Source: Dudresnaya verticillata (taxonomy: Eukaryota). From it: a stretch of 64,000 nucleotides of DNA. A program made the translations under genes and the position numbers. The stretch spans positions 2,480,001-2,544,000 of the forward strand of contig OZ374563.1 of assembly GCA_977862235.1 (NCBI GenBank). The letters are read 5' to 3'. Position 1 is the stretch's first letter. Each line of letters begins with the position of its first letter. Positions 34,222 through 45,900 of the stretch are shown piece by piece. The notes beneath the pieces were generated by a model, which saw only the letters and a list, made by a program, of their open reading frames with translations, did not search any database and was not told the origin of the DNA.

Positions 34222-35820
34222 TCAATCCCGTCCGCCCGAGGAGTCGGTTACTGCAACAGGAGTTGCGTTGTTGTTTCCTAGCCGGTTCTCATCGTCGATG
34301 TTTTCAGGCCAGAACTGCTCGGGCGCCGCAGGCAATGTACAATTTTCCTGCGTGTGCGCAACCACAGCCTCGATATTCTCGGCTTGGTCCGGGTCGTAGC
34401 ACATTGCGCCGTCGAGGAATGTGTCAGGCTCTGGCACTCCTCCCGAGTCGCCCGTAGTGTCGACTTCACCTATCGTCACGTCGTCTTCATTCGCGTATGG
34501 CCCCGCACCATTGGAATCGGCGGCTTTGCTATCCACAGCAATGCTCTCTTTGTCGTCGGCCGGTGTGGGTTGGTCGACGCGCACTGAGTCAGCAATCATC
34601 ACTTCTTCCTTGACAGGTGGAGTTGCAGCCTTGTCCTGCAGCTGCACTGCTTCCCCGGTGGACGCATTAACTGTTACAGGAGCGAGCGGAACCGTATTCG
34701 CATCCACTGGCCGAGACTGGGCCACCACATCCGTTGGGAAGGGGTAGGAAAGAGGCAATGTCAGCTCCTGTTCTCCTGGAACATTGGGCACAGTTTCGAG
34801 ATCCCGAACGGCAGCAACCGCTGGCGTGTCTTCCGCGATTTCGTTGGCACTTGTGACGGACGGGAGCATAGCTGGCTCGGCCTTTGGCAGTGGGGGCTCC
34901 ATATGTTGCTGCGCAACCGAGCTCGCGGCGGTAACCGTGGTAGGTGCTGCAGAAACGTTGTTGGTGGTGGACTCGTTTGGATTGGCAGCCGGTGAGCGGG
35001 CGCGACGCTCAGTGGTGCATGTGTCATCAGGGCGTGCCGTACGACGGGCACGAAAGGTCCTTATTGTTGAGTCGAGGCACATCCACTGGTCCTTCTTCAA
35101 GACAAGGGCGTCAAGCGCAGTCGGGGACGGGCCGGAGAGTTCGATATTGCACCACGGAGAGTGAGAGGCCTCGGCAGCGACGTCGGCGCTGTGCAACATG
35201 ACGCCATTGTCGTTGGCGTCCTTGATGGCCTGCATGAGCCATGTCTGGCGGTCGGGGTGAGGGTTGTTGGCGGCGGTGCGAAGAAGCATGCGCCAGATGA
35301 AGCCGCAGACGTCGCGCAGAGGGGACCAGGCGCCGAGGCTTTCCAGGATGAAGATGTGGCCGTCAATGAACTTGAAATGCAGGCTGACTGGCTCAAGCAT
35401 GACGCGCGGGGGCTGGTCCGGGATGCAAGCCTTAAGGTCGCGCCAGGAATCGCCGATTGTGCGGATGACGTCGTGGCACTGGATGAAGGCCTTGCGCTGG
35501 GTGAGAGCGATGTCGATGACAGACTGCAAGGGGTCGACGAGGGCCGTGGCCCACTGGCGGGTGGTGAAGGCCTGGGCTTCGACGGTTGCGCCAGCGGCGA
35601 GCTCGATGTTGAGGTGCTTGATAAAGGTCTTGAGGTGGCGCTTTAGCGGGAGGGCCTTGATTCGCTCGAACTCGGTCCTGGCCAGGCCGAGGGACTTGGC
35701 GGTGACGGACTTTTTCCGGAGCTTCTTCTGGGGTGGCGGTGTGACATCCGTGGGCGACGCGGCGGCGAGGCCATCGGCCGGGCGCTTGTGCGGGTTGGGG
35801 TTTGGAGTTGGGTTGGACAT
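34222..35820 (-). CDS. Hypothetical protein (N-terminal NLS-like basic patch, ~200-aa globular region, acidic disordered tail)
   Basis: 532-aa ORF with GC3-biased codons. KRP...KKLRKK; TATA-like TCAAATA upstream; no recognised family. Confidence 0.7.
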   Translation of the reverse strand: MSNPTPNPNPHKRPADGLAAASPTDVTPPPQKKLRKKSVTAKSLGLARTEFERIKALPLKRHLKTFIKHLNIELAAGATVEAQAFTTRQWATALVDPLQSVIDIALTQRKAFIQCHDVIRTIGDSWRDLKACIPDQPPRVMLEPVSLHFKFIDGHIFILESLGAWSPLRDVCGFIWRMLLRTAANNPHPDRQTWLMQAIKDANDNGVMLHSADVAAEASHSPWCNIELSGPSPTALDALVLKKDQWMCLDSTIRTFRARRTARPDDTCTTERRARSPAANPNESTTNNVSAAPTTVTAASSVAQQHMEPPLPKAEPAMLPSVTSANEIAEDTPAVAAVRDLETVPNVPGEQELTLPLSYPFPTDVVAQSRPVDANTVPLAPVTVNASTGEAVQLQDKAATPPVKEEVMIADSVRVDQPTPADDKESIAVDSKAADSNGAGPYANEDDVTIGEVDTTGDSGGVPEPDTFLDGAMCYDPDQAENIEAVVAHTQENCTLPAAPEQFWPENIDDENRLGNNNATPVAVTDSSGGRD

Positions 35821-36741
35821 GGCGTGGTGCGGGTGCGGTAGGGGAGGGAGGGAGTCGGAGCGGGAAGGGCGGGACGTGTGGGGACGGCGGGGAGTATTTG
35901 AAGAGGGTGCGGGTTGTAGGCGTGGTATGGTGCGGTTATGCGGTGGGCGCGGCGGATGAACACGGAATGTGTGAAGGCGGTGGCGGGTGGGGGGGGGGGG
36001 GGGCTGGCAGCGGACGGCGGCGGTGGGTGGGGGGGGGGAGAGGGGGGGCGCGGGCAGCGCCCAAATAGCGTAAGGTTACACGTCAGCCGACGTTGAGCCG
36101 CGGGCGGCGGCGGTAATTGGCTGCATTTGGCGGGCGGGTTGCCGCCAAAATTGCACGTGCGTGGAAGGTGCGCGCCGCACTGTCCGAGTTGTGTGTGTGC
36201 TGCGGCGGCGGCGCCGACGGCGGCCGCGACTGTCGTGCGCGGCGCGCAGGCCAGCGCCTCACGCTCGCGGGGGCTGCGACGGCGGCGTGCACTCGCACTG
36301 CGGCGCTGCGGCGTAGTCGAGCGCGCGCGCGCGCAACGGTCAGTCCGCGTCGGTCCGCGCCGCGGTCCGCGCGTCGGCGGTCAGTGATGCAAGCATGCGC
36401 GCCGCCGTCGGCCTCCGAGGCGGAGCTGCAACGGCCCCCGCAGGCGCTGACGTGGCGCATGCGATCCGGATCGCGCGTCCGGATCCGGCATCCAGATCTG
36501 CCGGTCGCGATTGTACAATGCCGTCCGAAATCGCGATCGCAGTTGCATCGCACAGCCCAATTCTTCCAATGCCGATGCACTCGCCCACCGGCCATTCGCT
36601 TCGGTGCCGTCCCCATTCACCACTATCTTAGCTCTTCAAAGCCACGCGCGAGCACCGGTCTTGTGCCTGCACCACCGATCCACCACAGCCCAACAATCAA
36701 TCCACCTCCACACCCTATCCACACCGACCGACCACACAACC

Positions 36742-37923
36742 ATGCAGTCAGCCGCGTGCCTGCGCCATCTGCGCAATCTGCGCAACCTGCGCCGCATGCC
36801 GCGCGCATCCGCAGCCGCGCGCTCCGCCGCCACGCTCTCCGTCCCGGCCACAATGGCGTCCGACCCGGCGCGCAACTTCTTCCCGCTGTCCAGCCCGGCG
36901 AGCAAGGCCACGCCGGCCCTGCTGCTCAAGGGCGACACCGACACCATCGGCCTGGAGGTCACGGACGCCCTGTCGCGCGTGTTCGCCGCCGCGCGCGTCC
37001 CGGTCGCGTTTGTCGCCCCGCAACACGACCTCGCCATCGACGGCGGCCTCACGCAGGAGGTCATCGACCTGTTTGCGGAGACCCGCGTCGCTGTCAAGGG
37101 CCCTTACTTCACCCCGTTGGGCAGTACGGAGACCAGCATCAACATCCAGCTGCGCAAGTCGTTTGACCTGTTCGCCAACGTCGTCCATGCGTACAACATC
37201 CCCGGCATCCCCGGTCGCCACAAAGACGTCGACATTGTCATGATCCGCGAGAACACCGAGGGCGAGTACTCGGGTCTGGAGCATAGCGCCGTCCCCGGCG
37301 TTGTAGAGTCGCTCAAGATCATCACCGAGGACAAGTCTACCCGCATCGCAGAGTATGCCTTCCAGTATGCCGCGGCCAACAACAGAAAGAAAGTTACCGT
37401 CGTCCACAAGGCAAACATCATGAAGTCTGCTGACGGGCTCTTTCTGGATTGCTGCGCAAGGGTCGCCGCCAAGTACCCCTTTATCGAGTACGAGGCCATG
37501 ATCGTCGACAACACCTGCATGCAGATGGCCTCTCGTCCGCAGCAGTTTGATGTCATGATCCTCCCCAACCTCTACGGTAATATCGTTACCAACATCGCTA
37601 CCGGGCTGGTCGGCGGCCCTGGATTGTTTCCTGGCTCCAACATCGGGCTCAGTGGCGCCATCTTCGAGCAGGGAACCAGACACTCGGCCAGATCAATCGC
37701 AGGCAGGAAGCTTGCAAACCCGACCGCCACTATCTTGGGCGGTGTGCTTATGCTTCGATACTTGAAGCTGGACGGCCATGCAGATAACATTGAAAAGGCC
37801 ATCATGGGAGTGTACTCTGAGACACATATCAGGACAAGAGATGTCGCTGCCGATCCCAACAACGCCGCCTCAACAGACCAATTCACCGATGCCGTCATTG
37901 AACGACTCGGCAATTCTGCGTAA
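36742..37923 (+). CDS. IDH1: Mitochondrial NAD-dependent isocitrate dehydrogenase, regulatory (non-catalytic) subunit
   Basis: IRENTEGEYSGLEH..VPGVVESLKIIT, VHKANIMK.ADGLFL, IVDNTCMQ. PNLYGNIVTN has N rather than the catalytic-subunit D. Arg/Ala-rich transit peptide from ATG 36742. Confidence 0.93.
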   Translation: MQSAACLRHLRNLRNLRRMPRASAAARSAATLSVPATMASDPARNFFPLSSPASKATPALLLKGDTDTIGLEVTDALSRVFAAARVPVAFVAPQHDLAIDGGLTQEVIDLFAETRVAVKGPYFTPLGSTETSINIQLRKSFDLFANVVHAYNIPGIPGRHKDVDIVMIRENTEGEYSGLEHSAVPGVVESLKIITEDKSTRIAEYAFQYAAANNRKKVTVVHKANIMKSADGLFLDCCARVAAKYPFIEYEAMIVDNTCMQMASRPQQFDVMILPNLYGNIVTNIATGLVGGPGLFPGSNIGLSGAIFEQGTRHSARSIAGRKLANPTATILGGVLMLRYLKLDGHADNIEKAIMGVYSETHIRTRDVAADPNNAASTDQFTDAVIERLGNSA

Positions 37924-38165
37924 AGACGAGCAGAGTGGCAGAGAGCGGGACACTTTGCGTATCTCCTCTCTGGTCTTGGTCTTGCAATTTTGGATCAACA
38001 ACAGCACCCAAGTTTTGAAACCGTGCAAAGCAACACTTGCAGTAACTTTACAACATAGCCAAGGTTTTGCTTTCCTTCTGCGTACTACATTCTCGCAATT
38101 CCTGAACCCCTACGACCTCTTTGGCCAGAACCCGCAACGCTGTCGACAAAACAATATATAGCTTT

Positions 38166-39179
38166 CTACGATAACAGCTCAACAAGCGCATCTAACGCTT
38201 CTCGGCAATCTGCATCACTACATTGCGCAATGAGTTCATCAATTACGCCAGGAAGCTCCGGTGCAACCTGCAAAACACCCTGTCGATCCACCTCCAGAAT
38301 CACCTTGACAGCGCCTACGGTGGCTTCGATATCTGCGACATCATCCACGTCGACATCCTTCACCGAATCACATAGCCTCGCAACGGCCCCGCGGTCCACA
38401 AGCAACTTTTGCACAAAGTCATCATTTTCTGTTTCACGCGCATGCTGCAGGAAGAAGCGGGCCCGACGTCGGGTACGCACATCTGTATCAGCGAGCGCAG
38501 CTCGCAGCGCGACAGAAACGCCGCTGTCGGAGACTAATCGGCGGACGTCGTCCGACGACTGACGCAGAAGGGCAGATGCTGCACGAACTGCTTTGGAGCG
38601 AACAGCGGCGTGATCATCGCGCAGGGCGCGCGCCAGGACTTGATGGCCGTCGCGTGACAGGAATACGGCCTTCACCTCCGGCAAGTCCTGCAGCGCGGTA
38701 CCCAGAGCCCACACGGCAGCCGCGCGAACCTCCGCAGATGGGGCACTCGCATGCTCTAGTAGCGGGTCCAGCGCTCCAAGCTTGTCGATATTGATGGCGT
38801 GGTTGAGATCTGCGAAGAGCTCCTCGAGTGACTCCAGTGCTGTGACTGTTTCGTCGGTGGTGAGTGGTGGTGTTGTCTCGGTGGTCAGCAGGGAGATTAG
38901 GTGCTTGACGTCGGCGTAGATATCTGGGAAGGCTGCATCCAGCCATTCACGGTCCTTGGCAAGTTGTTCTTCCGTCTTTGGAGGCAGCTGTTCGGCCTGT
39001 TCGGCCTGGGAAGCTTGGTCTGTGTTCGCCGTGGACCATTGCAGGAAGGTGTTGAGGGATGTTATGTCTGCGGCCTGTTTGGGTACGTTCTGTTGCTGTC
39101 GTGCTGTCTTGGCGGCCTGGTGAGCCTCAAGCGCTGCTGCGGCCGTTGGTGACAGGGCGGGGCTGGGTGGGTTGTCCAT
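38166..39179 (-). CDS. FES1: Hsp70 nucleotide exchange factor Fes1/HSPBP1-like (ARM repeats)
   Basis: LNTFLQWS, DREWLDAA, ALESLEELFADLNHAINIDKLGAL, VRAAAVWALGTALQD, KAVRAASALLR. Confidence 0.82.
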   Translation of the reverse strand: MDNPPSPALSPTAAAALEAHQAAKTARQQQNVPKQAADITSLNTFLQWSTANTDQASQAEQAEQLPPKTEEQLAKDREWLDAAFPDIYADVKHLISLLTTETTPPLTTDETVTALESLEELFADLNHAINIDKLGALDPLLEHASAPSAEVRAAAVWALGTALQDLPEVKAVFLSRDGHQVLARALRDDHAAVRSKAVRAASALLRQSSDDVRRLVSDSGVSVALRAALADTDVRTRRRARFFLQHARETENDDFVQKLLVDRGAVARLCDSVKDVDVDDVADIEATVGAVKVILEVDRQGVLQVAPELPGVIDELIAQCSDADCREALDALVELLS

Positions 39180-39685
39180 TGTGCGGGTGAGTTGAAGGTC
39201 GCTGTGATGGAGTGCAACGCGTAAGAAGCACGTGAGGGAGGCAAGCAAAAGCGAGCGATGGCCTCTTTAACAGAGAAGGGTTCGCGCTGAAGTCAGTCGT
39301 CCGGATGTGTCGAGAAGGTTCGCGATTGGTGTCGCTCCAAAGTGTTCAAAGCGTAGAAACTACTGTAATATGAGAAGCGGAGTAGTTGTAGTCTTAATAG
39401 TGTTACTGGTGGATTTTCAGCACAATTTTCTCTTTTTCTGAATGAAGGCCAAAGTGTTCACAAAGGCAACATCCGATTTCGCCGCCCTTGTAGTGCCGGA
39501 TCATCGACAGCGAGTGCAAGGGACCGCACCCTCCGGTCTTTGGCAGTCCACCATTGCAGTCCACCAGCAGACCTCCCACCGCCCACCTCGCCCTACAAAA
39601 CCCGTCGTCAACGACCGAAGCCGTCTCGATACGGCGCCCGAGTTCCCATTGTCCCTCCATTCGTGCACCTGGCGAAATACGTGAG

Positions 39686-40202
39686 ATGTCAACCACTGGG
39701 AAGAGAAAACGCGACCGCGAGAAGCTAAGCGCCACGGACAGTCGCACCGGCTTCAACGACCCGGACGCCACGCTTGGTGTCGTCGACACCGCTAAGGCCG
39801 ATGAGATCGACGTTGGACCCTTGTCCCTTTTGAAACGCGCAGTCGAGCAGGACATCCAAGTTCTGATCAATGTTCGCAACAACAAGAAGCTCCTCGCAAG
39901 GGTCAAGGCTTTTGACCGTCACTGCAATATGGTGTGTTTGTCTGCGTCTGCAATGTCTTGTGACCATTGCGAGTGCGTATCGACATGGCGTGAGCTCTGA
40001 CCAACGTTCTACGCCCTTCCTCAATTTGTTTACGTGATGCTTGTGTGCGCGCTAGATCTTGACCGATGTCACAGAGATGTGGATAGAGTTTCCGAAGACC
40101 GCGAAGGGCGGTAAGGCCCACCGTGTCGAGAAGAGCCGCGTCATTTCGAAGATGTTTCTACGGGGAGATTCGGTAATTCTCGTTCTACTCAATCCCAAGT
40201 AG
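39686..40202 (+). CDS. SNRPD2: Small nuclear ribonucleoprotein Sm D2; exons 39686-39931 and 40056-40202
   Basis: GPLSLL..AV...[25 protein letters not shown] | ILTDVTEMW...[23 protein letters not shown] intron 39932-40055. Confidence 0.96.
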
Positions 40203-40397
40203 CGCCGTTGCGATCATGGGGGCCATTCGTTTGCTAACCGCAGCCTCCCAACCGTGCACAATTGTACAGCCGCACCCGCTCCATCACACCCCTACAACTA
40301 CAAAGACACACTTTGCCTACGACTGTTTGCCAGTTTGACTATTGCTTTACAAGTTCACAATCATCGCGACAGTAACCAACCCGCCCGCAGAAATCCT

Positions 40398-42101
40398 TCA
40401 GTCCTTCTTCTTTCGCTTCTTCTTCTTCTTCTTCTCTGAGAGATCCTCTGGCGTTTCCTCTTCTTCCAAGGCCCGCTTCCGCTTCTTTTCCTTTTTGTCC
40501 TTCTTTTCACTGGACTTGGAAGCAGACTTGTCCTTTTTCTTCTTCTTCTTCGACTTTGGCGTTTCCTCACCCGTCTCACCGTCATCCTCCCTCTGCGCCT
40601 TCGGTGTTACCACCTGGGCAACGTCGGCTTCCCCATTAGCCTCAGAGTCCTTGCTCTTCTTCTTCTTTTTCTTTTTCCGCTTCTCCTCCGTACCAGGAGT
40701 TACCATCTTGGCGTCGTCATCACGGCTTGCGTCCTTACTGTCTATCTCCGCGCCGTGAACTTTTCCAGATGGAGCTTGACCATCCGTCACCATCATGTCC
40801 CCAGCAGCATTATAACCCTTCCCGGCACCGTTCCCAACTTTGTACTTTGCAGTCTTCTCGGCGGACTTCCCCAGCCGAGAGATGGCAAACTCTGTCTTGC
40901 CCTCCAGTTGACATAGCCGCGCCTCGACAGCCATCCGCCCTTGCTCGCCAACCGTACAGTCATCGCCATTCTCGCCAAGTGCATCGACACGGATAGCAAG
41001 TGCACATTTCGCAGCTAAAGACCTTGAAATCTTACCCTTGTGTTTGGGCGCGGCTTGACCAACGACAGACGCATGGTAGATTAGCCCATACTTCGGCGTT
41101 GCGTGCTTGGTCTTCAACGCACGGAATAATGCCTTCTCGGCACCGAGGATCTGCACAGTGGATGCTGGGTACTTGGCAAGGCTCAACAATGAGCCAGCAT
41201 GCGAGATCAACCTCGCGCCGACGAGCTCGCCAACCATCGCAGTAAGGTTTGGCGCAATGGCCGTCATGCGATTCTTGAGGTACTCGAATAGAGTTGTTCG
41301 ATAGTCAGTCAACGACGTCACCTGGTCGCAGAGCGCGCGGATGTTGCTTACATCCTCATCGCTGATCTCGGTACCCATCGAAATAACCGCAGCCTGTTTG
41401 AGCTCAAGCTCGACCTCTTCAGGGAGAATGTCACTGAAATCAAGCTCTGCAGCAAGGTTTCGCATTCCCATCTTGACAACGGCTTTCGCATAGGCGCCAT
41501 TGTCTACAACAATCTTGCCCATCTCTGGAAAATGCCAACCGTACCACTCGCGCAGGCGCATGGCGTAGATATTGATTTCCTTATCCAGCTCATCCAGCAA
41601 GCTGATGGCCTGAACAATCATGGTATCTACCTTGTCCGGAGAGAACTTGAGCTTGTATCGACTAAGAGAATGTGCGAGCCCGAGCACCATAGCCTTCCGA
41701 GAGGCCTCTTCACCAGCGCCAGCTTCTCCTTCCAACAAGGTCTCAATGTTTCCTCGGATTCCCCTGAGCACATCGGAAATTTCCTGCGAGAAAACGCACT
41801 GCAGACCGGTCTTGTCCTTGATTGAGGCGCCAAGCTTGGCATCGCCTACAGCGATCTGCTCGCCTGCAGAGACCTGCTTCTTGAGAAACTTGCGCAAGTC
41901 CTTCGACGCCTTACTCTCCACAAGAGCGGTAGCCGCGGCCAACGCAGAAGTTGTGTCCGAGAAACGCGAGAAGGCCTTCAGCTTAACCACACGCTTGATC
42001 CCTTCGGCCGACTCCAGGTCAGGCCCTGCACTTCGCAACGCACCATCGTCCAGGACCTTGAACAAGGCATGGCCAGCTGGTGTCTCGAACAGCACCAGCA
42101 T
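40398..42101 (-). CDS. NOP58: Box C/D snoRNP protein NOP58
   Basis: MLVLFETPAG, LGLAHSLSRYKLKFSPDKVDTMIVQAI, REWYGWHFPEM, PASTVQILGAEKALFRALKTKHATPKYGLIYHAS, KKE/D tail. Confidence 0.96.
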   Translation of the reverse strand: MLVLFETPAGHALFKVLDDGALRSAGPDLESAEGIKRVVKLKAFSRFSDTTSALAAATALVESKASKDLRKFLKKQVSAGEQIAVGDAKLGASIKDKTGLQCVFSQEISDVLRGIRGNIETLLEGEAGAGEEASRKAMVLGLAHSLSRYKLKFSPDKVDTMIVQAISLLDELDKEINIYAMRLREWYGWHFPEMGKIVVDNGAYAKAVVKMGMRNLAAELDFSDILPEEVELELKQAAVISMGTEISDEDVSNIRALCDQVTSLTDYRTTLFEYLKNRMTAIAPNLTAMVGELVGARLISHAGSLLSLAKYPASTVQILGAEKALFRALKTKHATPKYGLIYHASVVGQAAPKHKGKISRSLAAKCALAIRVDALGENGDDCTVGEQGRMAVEARLCQLEGKTEFAISRLGKSAEKTAKYKVGNGAGKGYNAAGDMMVTDGQAPSGKVHGAEIDSKDASRDDDAKMVTPGTEEKRKKKKKKKSKDSEANGEADVAQVVTPKAQREDDGETGEETPKSKKKKKKDKSASKSSEKKDKKEKKRKRALEEEETPEDLSEKKKKKKRKKKD

Positions 42102-42425
42102 CTTGGAGCGAAGCTGCTTCGTTCAGGTGACGACGAAAGGTGAATGGGTAAGGGAAGGGTGCCCGCGTCGCATGGGCCTGATCAAGAACGTCGCTCTTTT
42201 TGAGCCCGCCACAGGCGTTGGCGCCGCCGCCGCCGCCGCCGATCAAACACGTGTGATCTGTTCAAAACAACAAAAAGTTGATCCAAAAATCTGCCAAAGC
42301 AAATATTCCCGACTCCCCAACTGCCTGACTCTCATTCCATGGCGGCAACCATTCCATGTGCATGCAGCCGGCCTGACTCCACCCCCGACACTCAAAAGTT
42401 CGTTGGTCCTCCCTCACGACCAGGA

Positions 42426-42908
42426 ATGGCGACGCAAGACGAGCAGCCGATGCAGGAAATGCGCGCGTCTGAGCAAGTTGCACTGGAAATCATGCAGCAG
42501 TTGTACGTAACCGGCGAGCGCGACCGCCTCAAGTCGTGGCTGCACCAGGAGCTAACGAATCGAGGCTGGATGGCCGCAATGCACGCCCGCGCCATGGAGG
42601 TCGCGGAGCAGTACGCGGCCACCAAACCCGAGCAGCCGATGACTGCCTTCGAGCTCGCTGACAAGATTAAGCCCTTTGGTATCGGTACGTTGCACTGAAT
42701 GGGTTGGCATGAAGTAGCAAGGACTTGCCCTTGCGTCGATGCTTACCATCTTGTTTCGATTTCGTGCGTTGTAGAGACCTTCCCCGAGCCCATTCGAGCT
42801 GCACTTATGCGTGCGATGCTGAAGCATTCTCGCGCTTACACGCAGAAGGAGGCCCTGCAGGTGGACCCCCAACTGCCGGACCCTTCTCCAGACTCTGAGC
42901 CGACATAG
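42426..42908 (+). CDS. ENY2: ENY2/Sus1-like (SAGA/TREX-2) protein; exons 42426-42684 and 42775-42908
   Basis: LYVTGERDRLKSWLHQELTNRGW..ELADKIKPFG|ETFPEPIRAALM matches the Sus1 pattern; GTACGT..TAG intron keeps the frame. Confidence 0.72.
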
Positions 42909-45900
42909 CTTATGCATTCGCAGGTTTTAATGTTTCGCGCCTACTTTTGCTCAACGTGAATCTGCCTGTTGTTGGCAAGCCACAGGTCGTGAAGCTTTCT
43001 CGGAGGACTTCGCCACAGCAAAGCCGGTACATGATTCCGACCGTTCTGAACGCATAAACGGCTTCAAGGACGAAGCGAACCTGCGGCAAGAGTTCGTTAA
43101 TGCAAAAGTGCAGAAAAAAACGAAAAGCAAATACCATCAGCGCCAAAGCAGTGACTACCTGCTATACCCATCATGTGTGCATACATGCTTCCCCATAATC
43201 TATAGTTTCGTTTCTGGCTGGGCGGGCCTGCACCTTCTTTGCGCAGTACCTAAATTTTGCCGAGCTCGTGTTATCTGCTCCAGCATAATTCTCCGCCCTG
43301 TTCGGTGATCACTGCAGAACCCTTTTGGGCCAGCTATCGCCCAGACGACGGGAATAAGCCGCTGTAGTTACAGTTTTCGCTCCTAGCTGCTGGACTGGAC
43401 GGATTCGCAGGTGCGCGTATGGCTACTGGATGCGACCCAAAACACGCAGTACAAATGAGATCAAACTTCTGATGGCGTTCGAAGCACTTATCCCGGAAGA
43501 CATGTCTTCAGTTCCTGCTGTCCGTAACAGACACTACAGTAGGCATCGAACCTAGGCAACGGGAGTTCGGAATGCATGGATAAGACGACACATCTATGAT
43601 TGGGTACCTCGTCTTCGTTTGAGAAGTTCCTCATGACGTTTTCCCACGATTAGTCGACATTTCGCGTGAGATGCTTCCTCCTGCTCTTCATTTGCCCGTT
43701 TTCCTCCGGGCTCTCACTTCTGCATGTCGAAGCTCTTCCCGAATCCTGGAATCTCGTGCAATATTCCTCCTAATACCCCTAAGAGATTGGACTTCCCCAT
43801 TTCTCAGCAGCGACCAGAATGTTTTCAAATCTTTCAAGCTTCAAAAAAGCTTAGTTGCCAGAGGGGGCTGAGCGCTGAGCACGTGCTACAGGTGCGGGAT
43901 AAGCATGAGACAAGCAGCGACGCTTGCAAGGCCATTGCGCACAATGCAACTGACGCCATCCCGACCACCCCTGCGCCACCGCTTGCGCCTCTCCCGATTC
44001 TCTTCGTCCAATCTCTCCTTCTTCACCCCATCTCCGGCATGCTTCTCCCCCACAAGTTGGCTTCTCAGCATAGAGCAGGCAAGCTGAAAGATGTGTCGGA
44101 CGTCATCCACTAGTTGTGATAGAGTGTGGAAACAGTCATATCAGAGTGGAGTCGCTGGCCTCTGGGGTGCTTCGATTGCAGAAGCTGGAACGAATCCAAT
44201 AGAAGCCAGGAGCTGCTCAAGAGCATCTGGTGGGGGCGGGGGGGCGGGGGCACTGGCATGATGCATGAGCGAATACAAGAAGCAGTAGAGCCAAAAGACG
44301 CACGCTGGGCAGCATGCATGCGCAGCATGCGGATCAATTTCTCCGAACCCAATGAGAATTGGTGTACCCAACACGGTTTGCACCTCGCATGTTCCTCCCT
44401 CCAACTCCGTCACCCTCTCGCTCTCGCCCCATCGCCCGGTGAGCCGAGACCGTCCCGCAAATCGGCTTCCAGTGCGCACGCATTTCGTAGCCAGTCTAAG
44501 GCATTCGATGCTTCCCGTCGTTCAGATGAGACATGGTTCGCCGTTAGCATTTCGCCAGGGAGTCGAGGGCATCTGTTCAGCATGCCTTCTCAAATTTGAT
44601 CGCGCCTGTTAGTCACGCTGAACAGTCCCCAACGGCTACTGCCCAGTGCGCTAGAGCAGAGCCAGCTGCCATAGTCAGCGGTGCTTCGTCGGCGCGATAT
44701 GAAGCTACTCACCTCCCGCTCGCAGAAGTCTTGCTCTTCGGTGGGTCGCACAATTGGATCTGTTCACGTTCACGGCGCAGCGGGAGATGACGCTGCAGCC
44801 ATCCCCACCACAGCACCAACTCGCTACGATGGGGCATATGGAGCCCCTGGACCTGATGAATGTAGCGTCGCAGCGTCGCGATGCTGCCTTCAAGATGACG
44901 ACTATTTCGCACCTCTCGAACCTGAACACCGAGGGAGAAAACGATGCATACCCCGGAAGAGCCAAGCAACGAAACTCGCGCGCGCTCCAACTGTCAAACC
45001 GTGCGCGCAAACCTATGTCTGGGAAGCGTATGCGCCGCGGTCGCCGCCATGTTTGTGCGCTTCGGCTAGCAAAGGTGGCCTACGCGGAACGACGCACGCG
45101 GGTGGAGTGACGTGAATGATGTGGAAGGCGCTATGCGAAACGTTAGCCGTGGCCGATGCACGTTCTGCAGAACAATTGGCTGCATTACTGCGTTTGTAAA
45201 GCCAAGTAGATGCCCTTGTCGTCCGCAAGAGGCTCGCTGTTCGGGCTCGCCGCGGGTGGCAGCCATGTGATGACGCCAATATTGGTGGCATTCGGCAAAG
45301 CCATCATTTACCATGGATTAACTCGACCCAAGCGTGGCCAAAGCGCACACGGCACGAAGGCCATCGATTCCACAGAAGCTTGCAAAGAAGCGGTGAGATT
45401 TGAAGAGAGAAGACCGGAAGAGGCAAAGTCATGGACCGGCACAGTACCGCTCCGGCGACCGGTTCGCGGCGCCAGGCGCCATGGCATCGGCATTCGACTC
45501 TGTCTCAACGACAGCTTGCTCCGTCTCGCGCTGGACGGGGACGTGGAAGCAAGGCGAGCGCGGGTAGCGTTGGCACTGCGCGGGGCTGCACGGCATTGCC
45601 AGCACCGCCGGGCAAGCCGTGGCGGCGCACATGGTGCACTTCTGGCACACCTCGATCAGACAGTCAGCGCTGTGCAGCATGCAAGTTGCGGCAAGCTTGA
45701 CGTTGCTGTGCAGCTTGACTGGATCACGTGCGCGGGCGAGGACGGTCTAGAGCGGGGTGCGCTGCAGCTAGAATGGTATGCGGCCGCAGGTTGTGCGGTC
45801 GGTTGATGGGTATGTTGGAAAGCGCGCTGTCGAATGCGTTATCGCCCGCGGCGCATTTGGCTAGCTACGGGAGCGGGGGGCTTGTCCGTGGACGGCGGAG

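Noticed and set aside
35161..37683. Long antisense/overlapping ORFs over the hypothetical gene and IDH (likewise over XRN1, MAPK, DMAP1)
   Set aside because: Shadow ORFs caused by high GC3 codon bias.
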